Part shown: positions 51,239 through 60,483 of the stretch, piece after piece | Layout: every line of letters begins with the position of its first letter | Numbering within the stretch: position 1 is the first letter of the stretch | From: an uncultured Pelagibacteraceae bacterium | GTDB lineage: Bacteria > Pseudomonadota > Alphaproteobacteria > Pelagibacterales > Pelagibacteraceae | DNA length: 64,000 bases | Direction of reading: 5' to 3' | Assembly: GCA_902573705.1 (NCBI GenBank) | Contig: CACGKR010000001.1 | Location: forward strand, 11,175 to 75,174 | Made by a program: the position numbers and the translations under genes | Notes under the pieces: model-generated | What the model was told of the DNA's origin: nothing | Seen by the model: only the letters and a program-made list of their open reading frames with translations | Database searches by the model: none

Positions 51239-52425
51239 TTTAAAGTAGACCGGTCTTTAATACCATCCAGAAAATTCAAACACTTTTTTAATTCATTGAG
51301 TTCTATAAATTCATCTACTTTATGAGCTTGCTCAATTGAACCTGGCCCGCAAACAACAGTACTCATACCTATTTCTTGAAAAAGCCCAGCTTCTGTTCCA
51401 AAAGACACAACTTCTCTTGAATTGTCTCCAGTAAGACTTGAAACAAACTCACAAGCTTCAGATTTTTCAATACGATCAAATCCTGTAACTTCTCCTATAA
51501 TTTCTTTTTTGATATTTGATTTAGGAAAAACTTTTTGCATTTCAGGTAAAAGGACATCATTTGCGTATTCATCAATTTTTTTGTTTAAGAAAATACCATC
51601 TTCTTTTACGACTGGTCTTGTTTCCCAATTAACATGACATTTATCAGCTATTACGTTGTGAGCTATACCTCCAAATATTCCTCCTACTTGTAAAGTAGAA
51701 AAAGGAGGATCAAATATAGATTCTTTTGGTGCTCTTTTTTTAAGTTCATCTCTTAATTCAATTAATTTAGATGCATATCTTGCAGCAAATTCAACAGCAC
51801 TAACACCTTTATGTGGAGTAGAGCTATGTCCCGCCAAGCCTTCAAAATAAGTTGTATATTCGTAACAACCTTTGTGAGCATCTATGATTTTCATATTTGT
51901 AGGTTCTCCAACAATACAAATACCATTCTTAACATTTCTTTTTTTTAGTTCCTCAATTAGGATTGGTGCTCCTAGACAGGCAGTTTCTTCGTCAAAAGTA
52001 AATGAAAAATGGATGTCTCTATTTAAATTTGTTTTTGCATAAATTGGGGCAAAAGCTAAAGCACAAGCTAAGAAACCTTTCATATCACAAGAACCTCTAC
52101 CATAAAGTTTGTTATCTTTTATTGTTGCTTTAAAAGGATCAGTGCTCCAACTTTTAGAGACTGGCACTGTATCGGTATGTCCAGACAAAATTATTGGTTT
52201 AATTCCATTTGTTTTTTTTGCTTTAATAGTTGCAAATAAGTTCACTCTTTTTTTTTCACTGTCAAATGTCTTAAAAGAAATAGCACCAATTTTATTGAGC
52301 AAATTTTCACAATAATTAATTAATTCACTATTATCTTCTCCTGAAATAGTCCTAAAACCTATTAGATCTGATAATATTTTTACTGAATCTTTATATAATT
52401 CTTCTAAATTAATTTCTGTACTCAT
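51235..52425 (-). CDS. argE: Acetylornithine deacetylase (M20/ArgE family)
   Basis: SGHTDTVP, GRGSCDMKG, DEE, GEPT, TEAG, QAHKVDE. Confidence 0.85.
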   Translation of the reverse strand: MSTEINLEELYKDSVKILSDLIGFRTISGEDNSELINYCENLLNKIGAISFKTFDSEKKRVNLFATIKAKKTNGIKPIILSGHTDTVPVSKSWSTDPFKATIKDNKLYGRGSCDMKGFLACALAFAPIYAKTNLNRDIHFSFTFDEETACLGAPILIEELKKRNVKNGICIVGEPTNMKIIDAHKGCYEYTTYFEGLAGHSSTPHKGVSAVEFAARYASKLIELRDELKKRAPKESIFDPPFSTLQVGGIFGGIAHNVIADKCHVNWETRPVVKEDGIFLNKKIDEYANDVLLPEMQKVFPKSNIKKEIIGEVTGFDRIEKSEACEFVSSLTGDNSREVVSFGTEAGLFQEIGMSTVVCGPGSIEQAHKVDEFIELNELKKCLNFLDGIKDRSTLN

Positions 52426-52454
52426 TACTAATAATTAATATAAATACTGCATTT

Positions 52455-52796
52455 ATGAAAGAAGAAATAACATACGATATTTTTGATAAAGTCGACATAA
52501 GAGTTGGAACAGTCATTTCAGTGAAAAAAAATGAAAAGGCTAGAAAGCCATCATTAGTTGTTGAGGTGGATTTCGGAGAAGAAATTGGTATCAAGCAATC
52601 ATCAGCTCAAATTACCCATTATTACAATGAGGAAAATTTGAAAGGTAAACAGGTAATAGGTGTTTGTAATTTTGCAGAAAAAAATATAGCAGGAGTAGTT
52701 TCACAGGTTTTAATTTTAGGTTCTATTGATAAAGAAGGCAAAGTAATTTTAGTACATCCTTCTCAGAAATCTGAAAATGGTCTTCCTATAGCTTAG
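52455..52796 (+). CDS. csaA: tRNA-binding / chaperone CsaA
   Basis: DIRVGT, ARKP, KQSSAQIT, SQVLILG. Confidence 0.85.
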   Translation: MKEEITYDIFDKVDIRVGTVISVKKNEKARKPSLVVEVDFGEEIGIKQSSAQITHYYNEENLKGKQVIGVCNFAEKNIAGVVSQVLILGSIDKEGKVILVHPSQKSENGLPIA

Positions 52797-52800
52797 GTTC

Positions 52801-53391
52801 ATGCATCCAGAAATTTTATCAATGGCCTTATTTTGGATAGTAGCAGCCTATACACCTGGTCCTAATAATGTGATTGCCTCATATTCAGGTTTTAATTTTG
52901 GTATAAAAAAAACATTACCACATATTTTTGGTGTTGCGTTTGGTTTTACTTTTCTAATATTTTTACTGACAATTGGTTTGGTAAATGTTTTTAAAATATT
53001 TCCTATTATTCAAGTTTCTTTAAAATATTTAGGAAGTATATTTTTAATTTACTTAGCGTATAAGATTTATTTTTCACAGATAGATAAAGAAAAAAAAAAT
53101 GAAAATCCAGTTAAATTCATTGAAACATTTTTATTTCAATTTTTAAACCCTAAAGGAGTAATAATTGGAATAATTATAGTTTCTACTTATGTTGAACATG
53201 GAGAGAATTATTTAGCATATGCGACTCAAGTTGTTTTTTTTGCTTTCTTAGTTTCTTTAAGCAGCATTACTTTTTGGACATTTGTAGGTAAATACTTAAG
53301 GAAATTCGCGACAAATGAGAAATTTATTAAATACTTTAATTGTGTTATGTCACTGCTTCTTATTTTAAGCATAATTACTTTTTATATATAA
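52801..53391 (+). CDS. LysE family translocator
   Basis: TPGPNN, FQFLNPK, six TMs. Confidence 0.9.
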   Translation: MHPEILSMALFWIVAAYTPGPNNVIASYSGFNFGIKKTLPHIFGVAFGFTFLIFLLTIGLVNVFKIFPIIQVSLKYLGSIFLIYLAYKIYFSQIDKEKKNENPVKFIETFLFQFLNPKGVIIGIIIVSTYVEHGENYLAYATQVVFFAFLVSLSSITFWTFVGKYLRKFATNEKFIKYFNCVMSLLLILSIITFYI

Positions 53392-53394
53392 TAC

Positions 53395-56064
53395 ATGATA
53401 CCAGGTACAAAAAATTCATATAACTCATTAACAGATATAAAAATTAATAATAAAGATTTTAAAATTTTTTCTCTGTCTAAAGCCGAAAATAATGGCTTAG
53501 AGGGTATAAATAGACTACCTAAATCATTAAAAGTTTTGCTTGAAAATCTATTAAGATATGAGGATGACTTGTCGGTTACTAAAAATCAAATTGAGGCAAT
53601 AAAAAATTGGCTAAAAGAAAAAAAGTCTAAAACTGAAATAGCATATAGACCTGCAAGAGTTTTACTCCAAGATTATACAGGAATACCTGCTGTAGCAGAT
53701 CTTGCTGCTATGCGAGAAGCTGTTAAAGAAAAGAACAAAGATCCAAATACAATTAATCCTCTTTCAGCTGTAGACCTTGTCATTGATCACTCAGTGCAAG
53801 TAGATCAATCTGCAAAATCAGACTCTTTTGATAAAAATGTTGAAATTGAATTTAACAGAAATGGAGAACGATACTCATTTCTTAAATGGGGACAACAGGC
53901 ATTTAATAACTTTAGAATAGTTCCGCCAGGTACAGGAATTTGTCATCAAGTTAATCTTGAATATCTTTCAAAAGTTGTTTGGTCAGCTGAGCACAAGGGT
54001 CAAAATTATTTATTTCCTGATACACTTGTGGGTACTGATAGCCATACAACAATGGTTAATGGTTTATCTGTTTTAGGATGGGGTGTTGGAGGCATAGAAG
54101 CAGAGGCTGGAATGTTAGGTCAACCAATATCAATGTTAATTCCAGAAGTTATCGGATTTGAAATAACAAATAAAATGCCAGAGGGTACTACTGCAACCGA
54201 CTTAGTTCTGACAGTTGTTAAGATGTTAAGGGATAAAGGCGTTGTTGGAAAATTCGTAGAGTTTTATGGAGCTGGTTTGAAGAATTTAACTTTAGCTGAT
54301 CGAGCAACAATAGCTAATATGGCCCCTGAATATGGTGCTACTTGTGGATTTTTTCCAATAGATGATGAAACTTTAAAATATTTAAAATTTTCTGGCAGAG
54401 ATCAGACTACAGTAAAAATAGTGGAAGATTATGCAAAAGCACAAGGATTATGGGCAAGCGATGATATTGAATTTACAGATACTTTAACTTTAGATATGTC
54501 TACAATAGTACCTACAATTTCTGGTCCAAAAAGACCTCAAGACAAAGTTTTATTAACTGATGCATCGTCAAGTTTTAAAAAAAGTTTTAAAGAAATAACT
54601 AATAAAAAAGATTTCTCATTATCTAAAGTTTCTGATACTGATTTTGAAATTAAAGATGGATCTATCCTAATTGCAGCAATTACATCTTGCACAAATACTT
54701 CAAATCCAAATGTTCTTATTGGAGCAGGTTTATTAGCGAAAAAAGCAGTAGAACTTGGTCTCAATGTAAAACCCTGGGTAAAAACTTCATTAGCTCCAGG
54801 GTCTCAAGTGGTTACAGATTATTTAGCGAAAGCAGGCTTAGATATTTATTTAGATAAATTAGGTTTTAATTTGGTAGGTTATGGTTGTACAACATGTATT
54901 GGAAATTCTGGTCCACTAGCAGATAATATAGTTGAAGCCATTCAAAAGCAGGATATTTATGGTGTCTCAGTTTTATCTGGAAATAGAAATTTTGAAGGAA
55001 GAATTTCTCCTCATATAAAAGCAAATTATTTAGCATCTCCCCCTTTGGTAGTTGCTTATGCTTTAGCAGGTCATATGGGATTTGATTTATACAAAGACTC
55101 TTTTGGAAAAGATAAAAATGGAAATGATGTTTTCATGAAAGATATTTGGCCAACAAATAAAGAAATAGAAGAAACCCTTAAATCATCTTTAAACGCCGAA
55201 ATGTTTGTCAAAAGATACTCAAATGTTTCTGAGGGACCAAAACAATGGCAAGATATAAAAACAGAAAAAACTAGTATTTATAACTGGGAAGAAAACTCTA
55301 CCTATGTAAAAAAACCTCCTTTTTTTGACAATCTTTCAGATGAACCCGAGGGTTTTCAAGAAATTAAAGATGCAAGACCATTACTTATATTAGGTGATAT
55401 GGTCACAACAGATCACATTTCACCAGCCGGAAATATTCAAAAAGAAAGTCCCACTGGTGAATATTTTATGAGACATCAAATATTACCTAAAGATTATAAT
55501 TCCTATGGTTCAAGAAGAGGTAACCATGAAGTTATGATGAGAGGAACTTTTGCTAATATACGAATTAGGAACGAAATGGCTCCAGGAACAGAGGGAGGTT
55601 TTACAAAACTTTATCCTGAGGATAAAGTGATGCCAATTTATGACGCTGTTGTCGAATATAAAAAAAGAGGAACTGCCCTAGTTGTAATTGGAGGCAAAGA
55701 ATATGGAACTGGCTCTTCTAGAGATTGGGCCGCTAAAGGAACAAAATTATTAGGAGTAAAAACTGTAATTGCCGAAAGTTTTGAAAGAATTCATAGATCC
55801 AATTTGATTGGTATGGGTATTTTGCCGTTACAATTTATTGAAAATATAGATAGAAAAAAACTTAAATTAATTGGTTCTGAATTGATCAGTATAATGGAAA
55901 TTGAAAAAGGAATTAATCCATCTGATAAAATTAAAGTTGAGATTAAATATGCCTCAGGTGAGATAAAAAGAATTCAAACATTATGTAGGATCGATACTAA
56001 AAATGAATTAGAATATTATAAAAATGGTGGAATACTCCAATACGTATTGAGAAATATGATTTAA
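53395..56064 (+). CDS. acnA: Aconitate hydratase A
   Basis: VIDHSV, GTDSHT, AITSCTN, GCTTCIGNSG, TTDHISP, GSSRDWAAKG. Confidence 0.98.
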   Translation: MIPGTKNSYNSLTDIKINNKDFKIFSLSKAENNGLEGINRLPKSLKVLLENLLRYEDDLSVTKNQIEAIKNWLKEKKSKTEIAYRPARVLLQDYTGIPAVADLAAMREAVKEKNKDPNTINPLSAVDLVIDHSVQVDQSAKSDSFDKNVEIEFNRNGERYSFLKWGQQAFNNFRIVPPGTGICHQVNLEYLSKVVWSAEHKGQNYLFPDTLVGTDSHTTMVNGLSVLGWGVGGIEAEAGMLGQPISMLIPEVIGFEITNKMPEGTTATDLVLTVVKMLRDKGVVGKFVEFYGAGLKNLTLADRATIANMAPEYGATCGFFPIDDETLKYLKFSGRDQTTVKIVEDYAKAQGLWASDDIEFTDTLTLDMSTIVPTISGPKRPQDKVLLTDASSSFKKSFKEITNKKDFSLSKVSDTDFEIKDGSILIAAITSCTNTSNPNVLIGAGLLAKKAVELGLNVKPWVKTSLAPGSQVVTDYLAKAGLDIYLDKLGFNLVGYGCTTCIGNSGPLADNIVEAIQKQDIYGVSVLSGNRNFEGRISPHIKANYLASPPLVVAYALAGHMGFDLYKDSFGKDKNGNDVFMKDIWPTNKEIEETLKSSLNAEMFVKRYSNVSEGPKQWQDIKTEKTSIYNWEENSTYVKKPPFFDNLSDEPEGFQEIKDARPLLILGDMVTTDHISPAGNIQKESPTGEYFMRHQILPKDYNSYGSRRGNHEVMMRGTFANIRIRNEMAPGTEGGFTKLYPEDKVMPIYDAVVEYKKRGTALVVIGGKEYGTGSSRDWAAKGTKLLGVKTVIAESFERIHRSNLIGMGILPLQFIENIDRKKLKLIGSELISIMEIEKGINPSDKIKVEIKYASGEIKRIQTLCRIDTKNELEYYKNGGILQYVLRNMI

Positions 56065-56065
56065 T

Positions 56066-56710
56066 ATGGATGAAGAAATTTCAATAATTGACAAAAGAAC
56101 AAGAAATGAAAGAGTTAAAAATTTTTTTACTGGTAATAAAAAGAAAATAATCTTTGGAATTCTAAGTATAATATTATTGATCTTTGTTTTTTATTCTTAT
56201 GAAATCTATAAAGAAAGATTTAAAAATCAGTTATCTGATAAATATAATAGCGCTATTATTGAATATGAAAGTGGCGATAAATCTAAGACCTCGTCATTAT
56301 TAGTCGAAGTAATTAAGGATAAGGATAGCACATATTCTCCTCTAGCTTTATATTTTATCTTAGATAATAATTTGATTAATGATCAAAATAAAATTAATGA
56401 CTTATTTGATCTTGTAATAAATAAAATAACTTTAGAAAAAGAAATTAAAAATCTTATTATTTACAAAAAGGCTTTATATAATGCTGATAATATAGGTGAG
56501 AATCAATTATTAGAGATGTTAAACCCATTAATAAACTCACAGAGTGTTTGGAAATCTCACGCATTATATTTATTAGCTGAATACTTTTACAACAAAAATG
56601 AGAAAGAAAAATCAAAAGAGTTTTTTTCTCAAATTCTTAATACTAATAACGCCAATCAAGATTTAGTAAAAGAGTCTCAAAAAAGACTTAATAGAGATTT
56701 AAGTGAATAA
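56066..56710 (+). CDS. YfgM-like membrane-anchored TPR protein
   Basis: Single N-terminal TM, helical repeats, directly upstream of a BamB-like gene. Confidence 0.65.
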   Translation: MDEEISIIDKRTRNERVKNFFTGNKKKIIFGILSIILLIFVFYSYEIYKERFKNQLSDKYNSAIIEYESGDKSKTSSLLVEVIKDKDSTYSPLALYFILDNNLINDQNKINDLFDLVINKITLEKEIKNLIIYKKALYNADNIGENQLLEMLNPLINSQSVWKSHALYLLAEYFYNKNEKEKSKEFFSQILNTNNANQDLVKESQKRLNRDLSE

Positions 56711-58004
56711 ATTAATATATCTATTTTTAATAATCACAATATTTAACTCATGTTCTTTTAATAAAAACTCAAAATTTTGGACATCATCAAAAATTTTAGA
56801 GGAAGAAAAATTAGATATCAAAAAAGTTTTAATAGATGATACTATTTTAAGACAAGAATTTAATAAAGGTTTAAAGATTAATATAAAATCAAAAATAAAT
56901 AAGATTTCTTTTGAAAATAGTTTATTAAATAACACTGGTAGAATTAATTATAGTGGAAATTTAAAAAAATCCTCAAGATACAAATTTTCAAAAATAAAAA
57001 ATTTTCATCAATATGAACCTGATATTATTTTTTTTAAAGATAATATTATTTTTTTTGATAATAATGGTTCTATTATACAATTTAGTGAAAAATCAAAATT
57101 AATTTGGAAAAAGAATTATTATTCTAAAAATGAACGTAAATTAAATCCAATCTTACAATTTGCAAGTAATGATAGATATTTGGTGATAGCAGATAACATT
57201 GCGAAATATTACGTGGTAGACTTGCTAAGCGGCGATTTAATATGGAGCAAAAATAATTTAGCTCCATTTAACTCTCAAATAAAAATTTATAATGACAAAT
57301 TTTTTATTATAGATTTTTCTAATACCTTAAGATGTTTTTCATTAAAAAATGGAGACGAATTATGGAATATAAAAACAGAAGACTCTTTAATTAGGTCTAA
57401 AAAAAAATTATCAATGGTAATTGTGAATGACAAAATTTTTTTCAATAATTCTATTGGAGATATAAGTGCTATTGATATTAATAAAGGTGAATTGTTATGG
57501 CAACTGCCAACTCAAAGTAGCTTGATTTATGAGTCAGCCTTTTCTCTAGAAACATCAGACATGATATCAGATAAGAATAATCTTTTTTTTTCGAATAATA
57601 AGAATGAATTTTTTTCAATAGATATAAGAACTGGAAGTTTTAATTGGAAAAATAAAGTTAATTCAAATTTAAGAGCTTCTTTAGTTGATCATTATTTATT
57701 TACATTTTCTTTGGAAGGTTTTTTTATAGTAATAGATAAAAATACAGGGAACATCATCAGGATTACAGATATATTTGATATATTTAAATCTGATAAACGA
57801 AAAGCAATTAAACCAGTAGGATTTATAGTGGGCTTGAATAATATTTTTTTAACTACAAACAATGGCAGACTTCTGATTATTGATATTCTTACGGGAACAA
57901 CTTTAAAAAATTTAAAAATAGATAATGAAAAAATTTCTAGACCATTTTTTTCAGATAATAATTTATTTTTGATAAAGGATAATGCTATAATTAAACTACA
58001 ATAA
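56703..58004 (+). CDS. PQQ-like beta-propeller lipoprotein (BamB-like)
   Basis: Lipobox-like FNSC; repeated GxxxW motifs (GDLIW, GDELW, GELLW, GSFNW). Confidence 0.75.
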   Translation: MNKLIYLFLIITIFNSCSFNKNSKFWTSSKILEEEKLDIKKVLIDDTILRQEFNKGLKINIKSKINKISFENSLLNNTGRINYSGNLKKSSRYKFSKIKNFHQYEPDIIFFKDNIIFFDNNGSIIQFSEKSKLIWKKNYYSKNERKLNPILQFASNDRYLVIADNIAKYYVVDLLSGDLIWSKNNLAPFNSQIKIYNDKFFIIDFSNTLRCFSLKNGDELWNIKTEDSLIRSKKKLSMVIVNDKIFFNNSIGDISAIDINKGELLWQLPTQSSLIYESAFSLETSDMISDKNNLFFSNNKNEFFSIDIRTGSFNWKNKVNSNLRASLVDHYLFTFSLEGFFIVIDKNTGNIIRITDIFDIFKSDKRKAIKPVGFIVGLNNIFLTTNNGRLLIIDILTGTTLKNLKIDNEKISRPFFSDNNLFLIKDNAIIKLQ

Positions 58005-58432
58005 TGTTTTTGAAATTTTTAGAAAAAATTGGAAGAAAAAAAGTTGTTTTTGATAGAGGCCCTTCGCACCCAAAATATCATGAGGCCAAACCATGGATGA
58101 ATAGATATTATTTAATTTTTAGAAATAGACCCAAGTGGTTTCCGTTCAATATTTTAATTCATGAAATGTTAGCAGACGATCATGGGGATGGAGTACACAA
58201 TCATACTTTCCCTTATATAACAATAATTTTAAGAGGTGGGTATTGGGAAACTTTGAAGAGTGGAAAATTCTGGAGATCTCCTGGTTATATTGGATTTAGG
58301 TCAGCAAATAATCTTCATCGAGTTGATATCGAACCAGGAACAAAGCCCTTAACACTATTTATATCTGGTCCGTTTGGATTAAGAAAAGGACCAAGATCTG
58401 AGTATGGAATTGACTTTAAATCGAAAAAATGA
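58004..58432 (+). CDS. Cupin-fold hypothetical protein
   Basis: HNHTFPYITIILRGGYWE and LHRV..TLFISGP cupin-like metal motifs. Confidence 0.65.
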   Translation: MFLKFLEKIGRKKVVFDRGPSHPKYHEAKPWMNRYYLIFRNRPKWFPFNILIHEMLADDHGDGVHNHTFPYITIILRGGYWETLKSGKFWRSPGYIGFRSANNLHRVDIEPGTKPLTLFISGPFGLRKGPRSEYGIDFKSKK

Positions 58433-59478
58433 ATTTAAAAAAATCATTTTTAAAACTTTGTGAAAACAAAGAATTTGAAATTAATAAGAACCAGTTGGAT
58501 ATAATTGAAAAGCTTAATTATTTTTATAATGAAAACTTTAAAAAATCTTTACTTAATAGAATATTAAATAAAAAAGATAAAAATCTTGGGTTTTATTTAG
58601 TAGGAGATGTGGGTGTGGGAAAAACAATGATTTTAGATTTTTTTTTTGACAAGTTAGTTGAAAAAAAATTAAGACTTCATTTCAATGAATTCATGATTGC
58701 ATTCCATAATTTTATTTTTCAAAACAAAAAAAAAGAAAATGGTATTATCGAATTTGTTAAAGATTTAAGTAAAAAAGCTAAAATTTTATATTTTGATGAA
58801 TTCCAAGTTACTAATATTGTAGATGCTATGATATTAGGAAAATTATTTGAAAAAATATTTGAAGAAAAGATTAAAGTGATTTTCTCATCAAATATTCATA
58901 TTGATGATTTATATAAAGATGGATTACAAAGAGATCAATTCATCCCCTTTATAAAAATTTTAAAAAAAAATTCAAAGGAAATAGAACTTAAAATAGAAGA
59001 GGATTATAGATTAAATAATAGTAATATTAATCAAAGATTTTTATCACCACTCAATCAACCTACAAATTTTAAATTAAATAAATTTTTTAGAAAAGCTACG
59101 AAAAATAAAAAAAAAAATTTAAAAATTTTAGAGATCAAAGGTCGAAAGTTGAAAATAGAAAATTTTTATGAAGGAATTATTAAATTTAATTTTAATGAAT
59201 TATTTGATAAAAACTTAGGTTCTGAGGATTATATTAAAATTGCAGCAAATAGTACCTTTATTTTTTTAGAAAATCTTCCTAATTTTGACGAGAATAATTC
59301 AAACCAACAGCAGAGATTTATTACTTTTATAGATATCGTTTACGAAAAAAAAATTCCATTAATGATTACTTCAGAATCTAATATAAAATTGATTAAATCC
59401 TCAAAAAATTTAATTGATCCATTTAGAAGAACTATTAGTCGCTTACATGAGTTAATATCAATTAACTATAAAGTATGA
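58429..59478 (+). CDS. zapE: AFG1/ZapE family ATPase
   Basis: GDVGVGKT, HFNEFM, FDEFQV, LYKDGLQR, RTISRL. Confidence 0.92.
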   Translation: MNLKKSFLKLCENKEFEINKNQLDIIEKLNYFYNENFKKSLLNRILNKKDKNLGFYLVGDVGVGKTMILDFFFDKLVEKKLRLHFNEFMIAFHNFIFQNKKKENGIIEFVKDLSKKAKILYFDEFQVTNIVDAMILGKLFEKIFEEKIKVIFSSNIHIDDLYKDGLQRDQFIPFIKILKKNSKEIELKIEEDYRLNNSNINQRFLSPLNQPTNFKLNKFFRKATKNKKKNLKILEIKGRKLKIENFYEGIIKFNFNELFDKNLGSEDYIKIAANSTFIFLENLPNFDENNSNQQQRFITFIDIVYEKKIPLMITSESNIKLIKSSKNLIDPFRRTISRLHELISINYKV

Positions 59479-59894
59479 GACAAGAGTTTTTAAATTTACT
59501 AATTAAAACAAATGGACAAAATCTTTATGAATTTACCTATAAAACTATTGACTGGATTAAAGAAAAAAAACTTAAGAACGGTATATTAAATTTAAGCATA
59601 CAACACACTAGTGCATCATTAATTGTTCAAGAGAATGCAGACCCCGATGTTCAAACTGATTTATTAAATTATTTTGATAAGATGGTACCAATGAATGATA
59701 AATTATATATCCATACAGCTGAAGGAAAAGATGACATGCCGGCCCACATCAAGTCAGCTTTAACTAATAATCAAATATCCTTAAGTATAAAAAAAAATGA
59801 GTTGCTACTTGGTACCTGGCAAGGTCTATATTTATTTGAGCATCGTATAGAAAATCAAACAAGAAAAATAATTCATCATTTTATTGGAGAATAA
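59475..59894 (+). CDS. YjbQ/UPF0047 family protein
   Basis: QHTSASL, ENADPDV, DDMPAHIK, LGTWQG. Confidence 0.92.
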   Translation: MRQEFLNLLIKTNGQNLYEFTYKTIDWIKEKKLKNGILNLSIQHTSASLIVQENADPDVQTDLLNYFDKMVPMNDKLYIHTAEGKDDMPAHIKSALTNNQISLSIKKNELLLGTWQGLYLFEHRIENQTRKIIHHFIGE

Positions 59895-59923
59895 ATTAAA
59901 AGTTTATTTACTGTAAAAATAAA

Positions 59924-59972
59924 GATAATGATAATCATTCTCAAAAAATTTTTGAGATTGATTATCATTCAC
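59924..59972. promoter_or_regulatory. Two Fur-box-like sites forming a long inverted repeat
   Basis: GATAATGATAATCATTCTC (59924-59942; 18/19 to GATAATGATAATCATTATC) and GAGATTGATTATCATTCAC (59954-59972; 15/19 to the reverse consensus). Confidence 0.75.
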
Positions 59973-60017
59973 TAAATTAATTATTGATAAATTATTTTAA
60001 AAAATTATTATAATTTT

Positions 60018-60194
60018 ATGGAAATACAAAACTATAATTGCAAAAAATGTGGATTAACTGTTTCATCTGTTTGTTCAAAATGCGAAAGAGTTGTAGATGT
60101 TAAAGTTCTTGATAATGGCTGTATAGTTCAAAAAACTAAGTGCTCAGACTGCGCTAATGTGCCCGTTATCAAGGATGTTTGTTCACAAATTTAA
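60018..60194 (+). CDS. 58-aa Cys-rich metal-binding protein (three CxxC, 8 Cys), not in the ORF track
   Basis: Hand translation MEIQNYNCKKCGLTVSSVCSKCERVVDVKVLDNGCIVQKTKCSDCANVPVIKDVCSQI*; fills an otherwise empty gap in a gene-dense genome. Confidence 0.75.
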   Translation: MEIQNYNCKKCGLTVSSVCSKCERVVDVKVLDNGCIVQKTKCSDCANVPVIKDVCSQI

Positions 60195-60232
60195 AGATTA
60201 CATTTAATTTAAAATCTATTACTAATATTAAG

Positions 60233-60469
60233 ATGGAACTAACTAAAGGTCTTTTTAGAGCTGCCGAAGATGTTTTTATAAACAACAAGGGCTCAATTTT
60301 AAGAACTATTGTTTATACGGTAGGTCATTTTATTATTGCAATAACAGTATTGATGTTAGTTGCAGACGTTTCATTCTTTATAGCGCTAACAGATGCTATT
60401 GTTGAACCATTGGCTAACGCCGTTTGGTATTTTGTTTTAGATAAATGGTGGGCTAGTAGGTCAAAGTAA
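60233..60469 (+). CDS. Small membrane protein, DUF2061-like
   Basis: LRTIVYTVGHFIIA...EPLANAVWYFVLDKWW; ATG 60233 preferred over the track start at 60179. Confidence 0.7.
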   Translation: MELTKGLFRAAEDVFINNKGSILRTIVYTVGHFIIAITVLMLVADVSFFIALTDAIVEPLANAVWYFVLDKWWASRSK

Positions 60470-60483
60470 ATATTTTAAGTATC

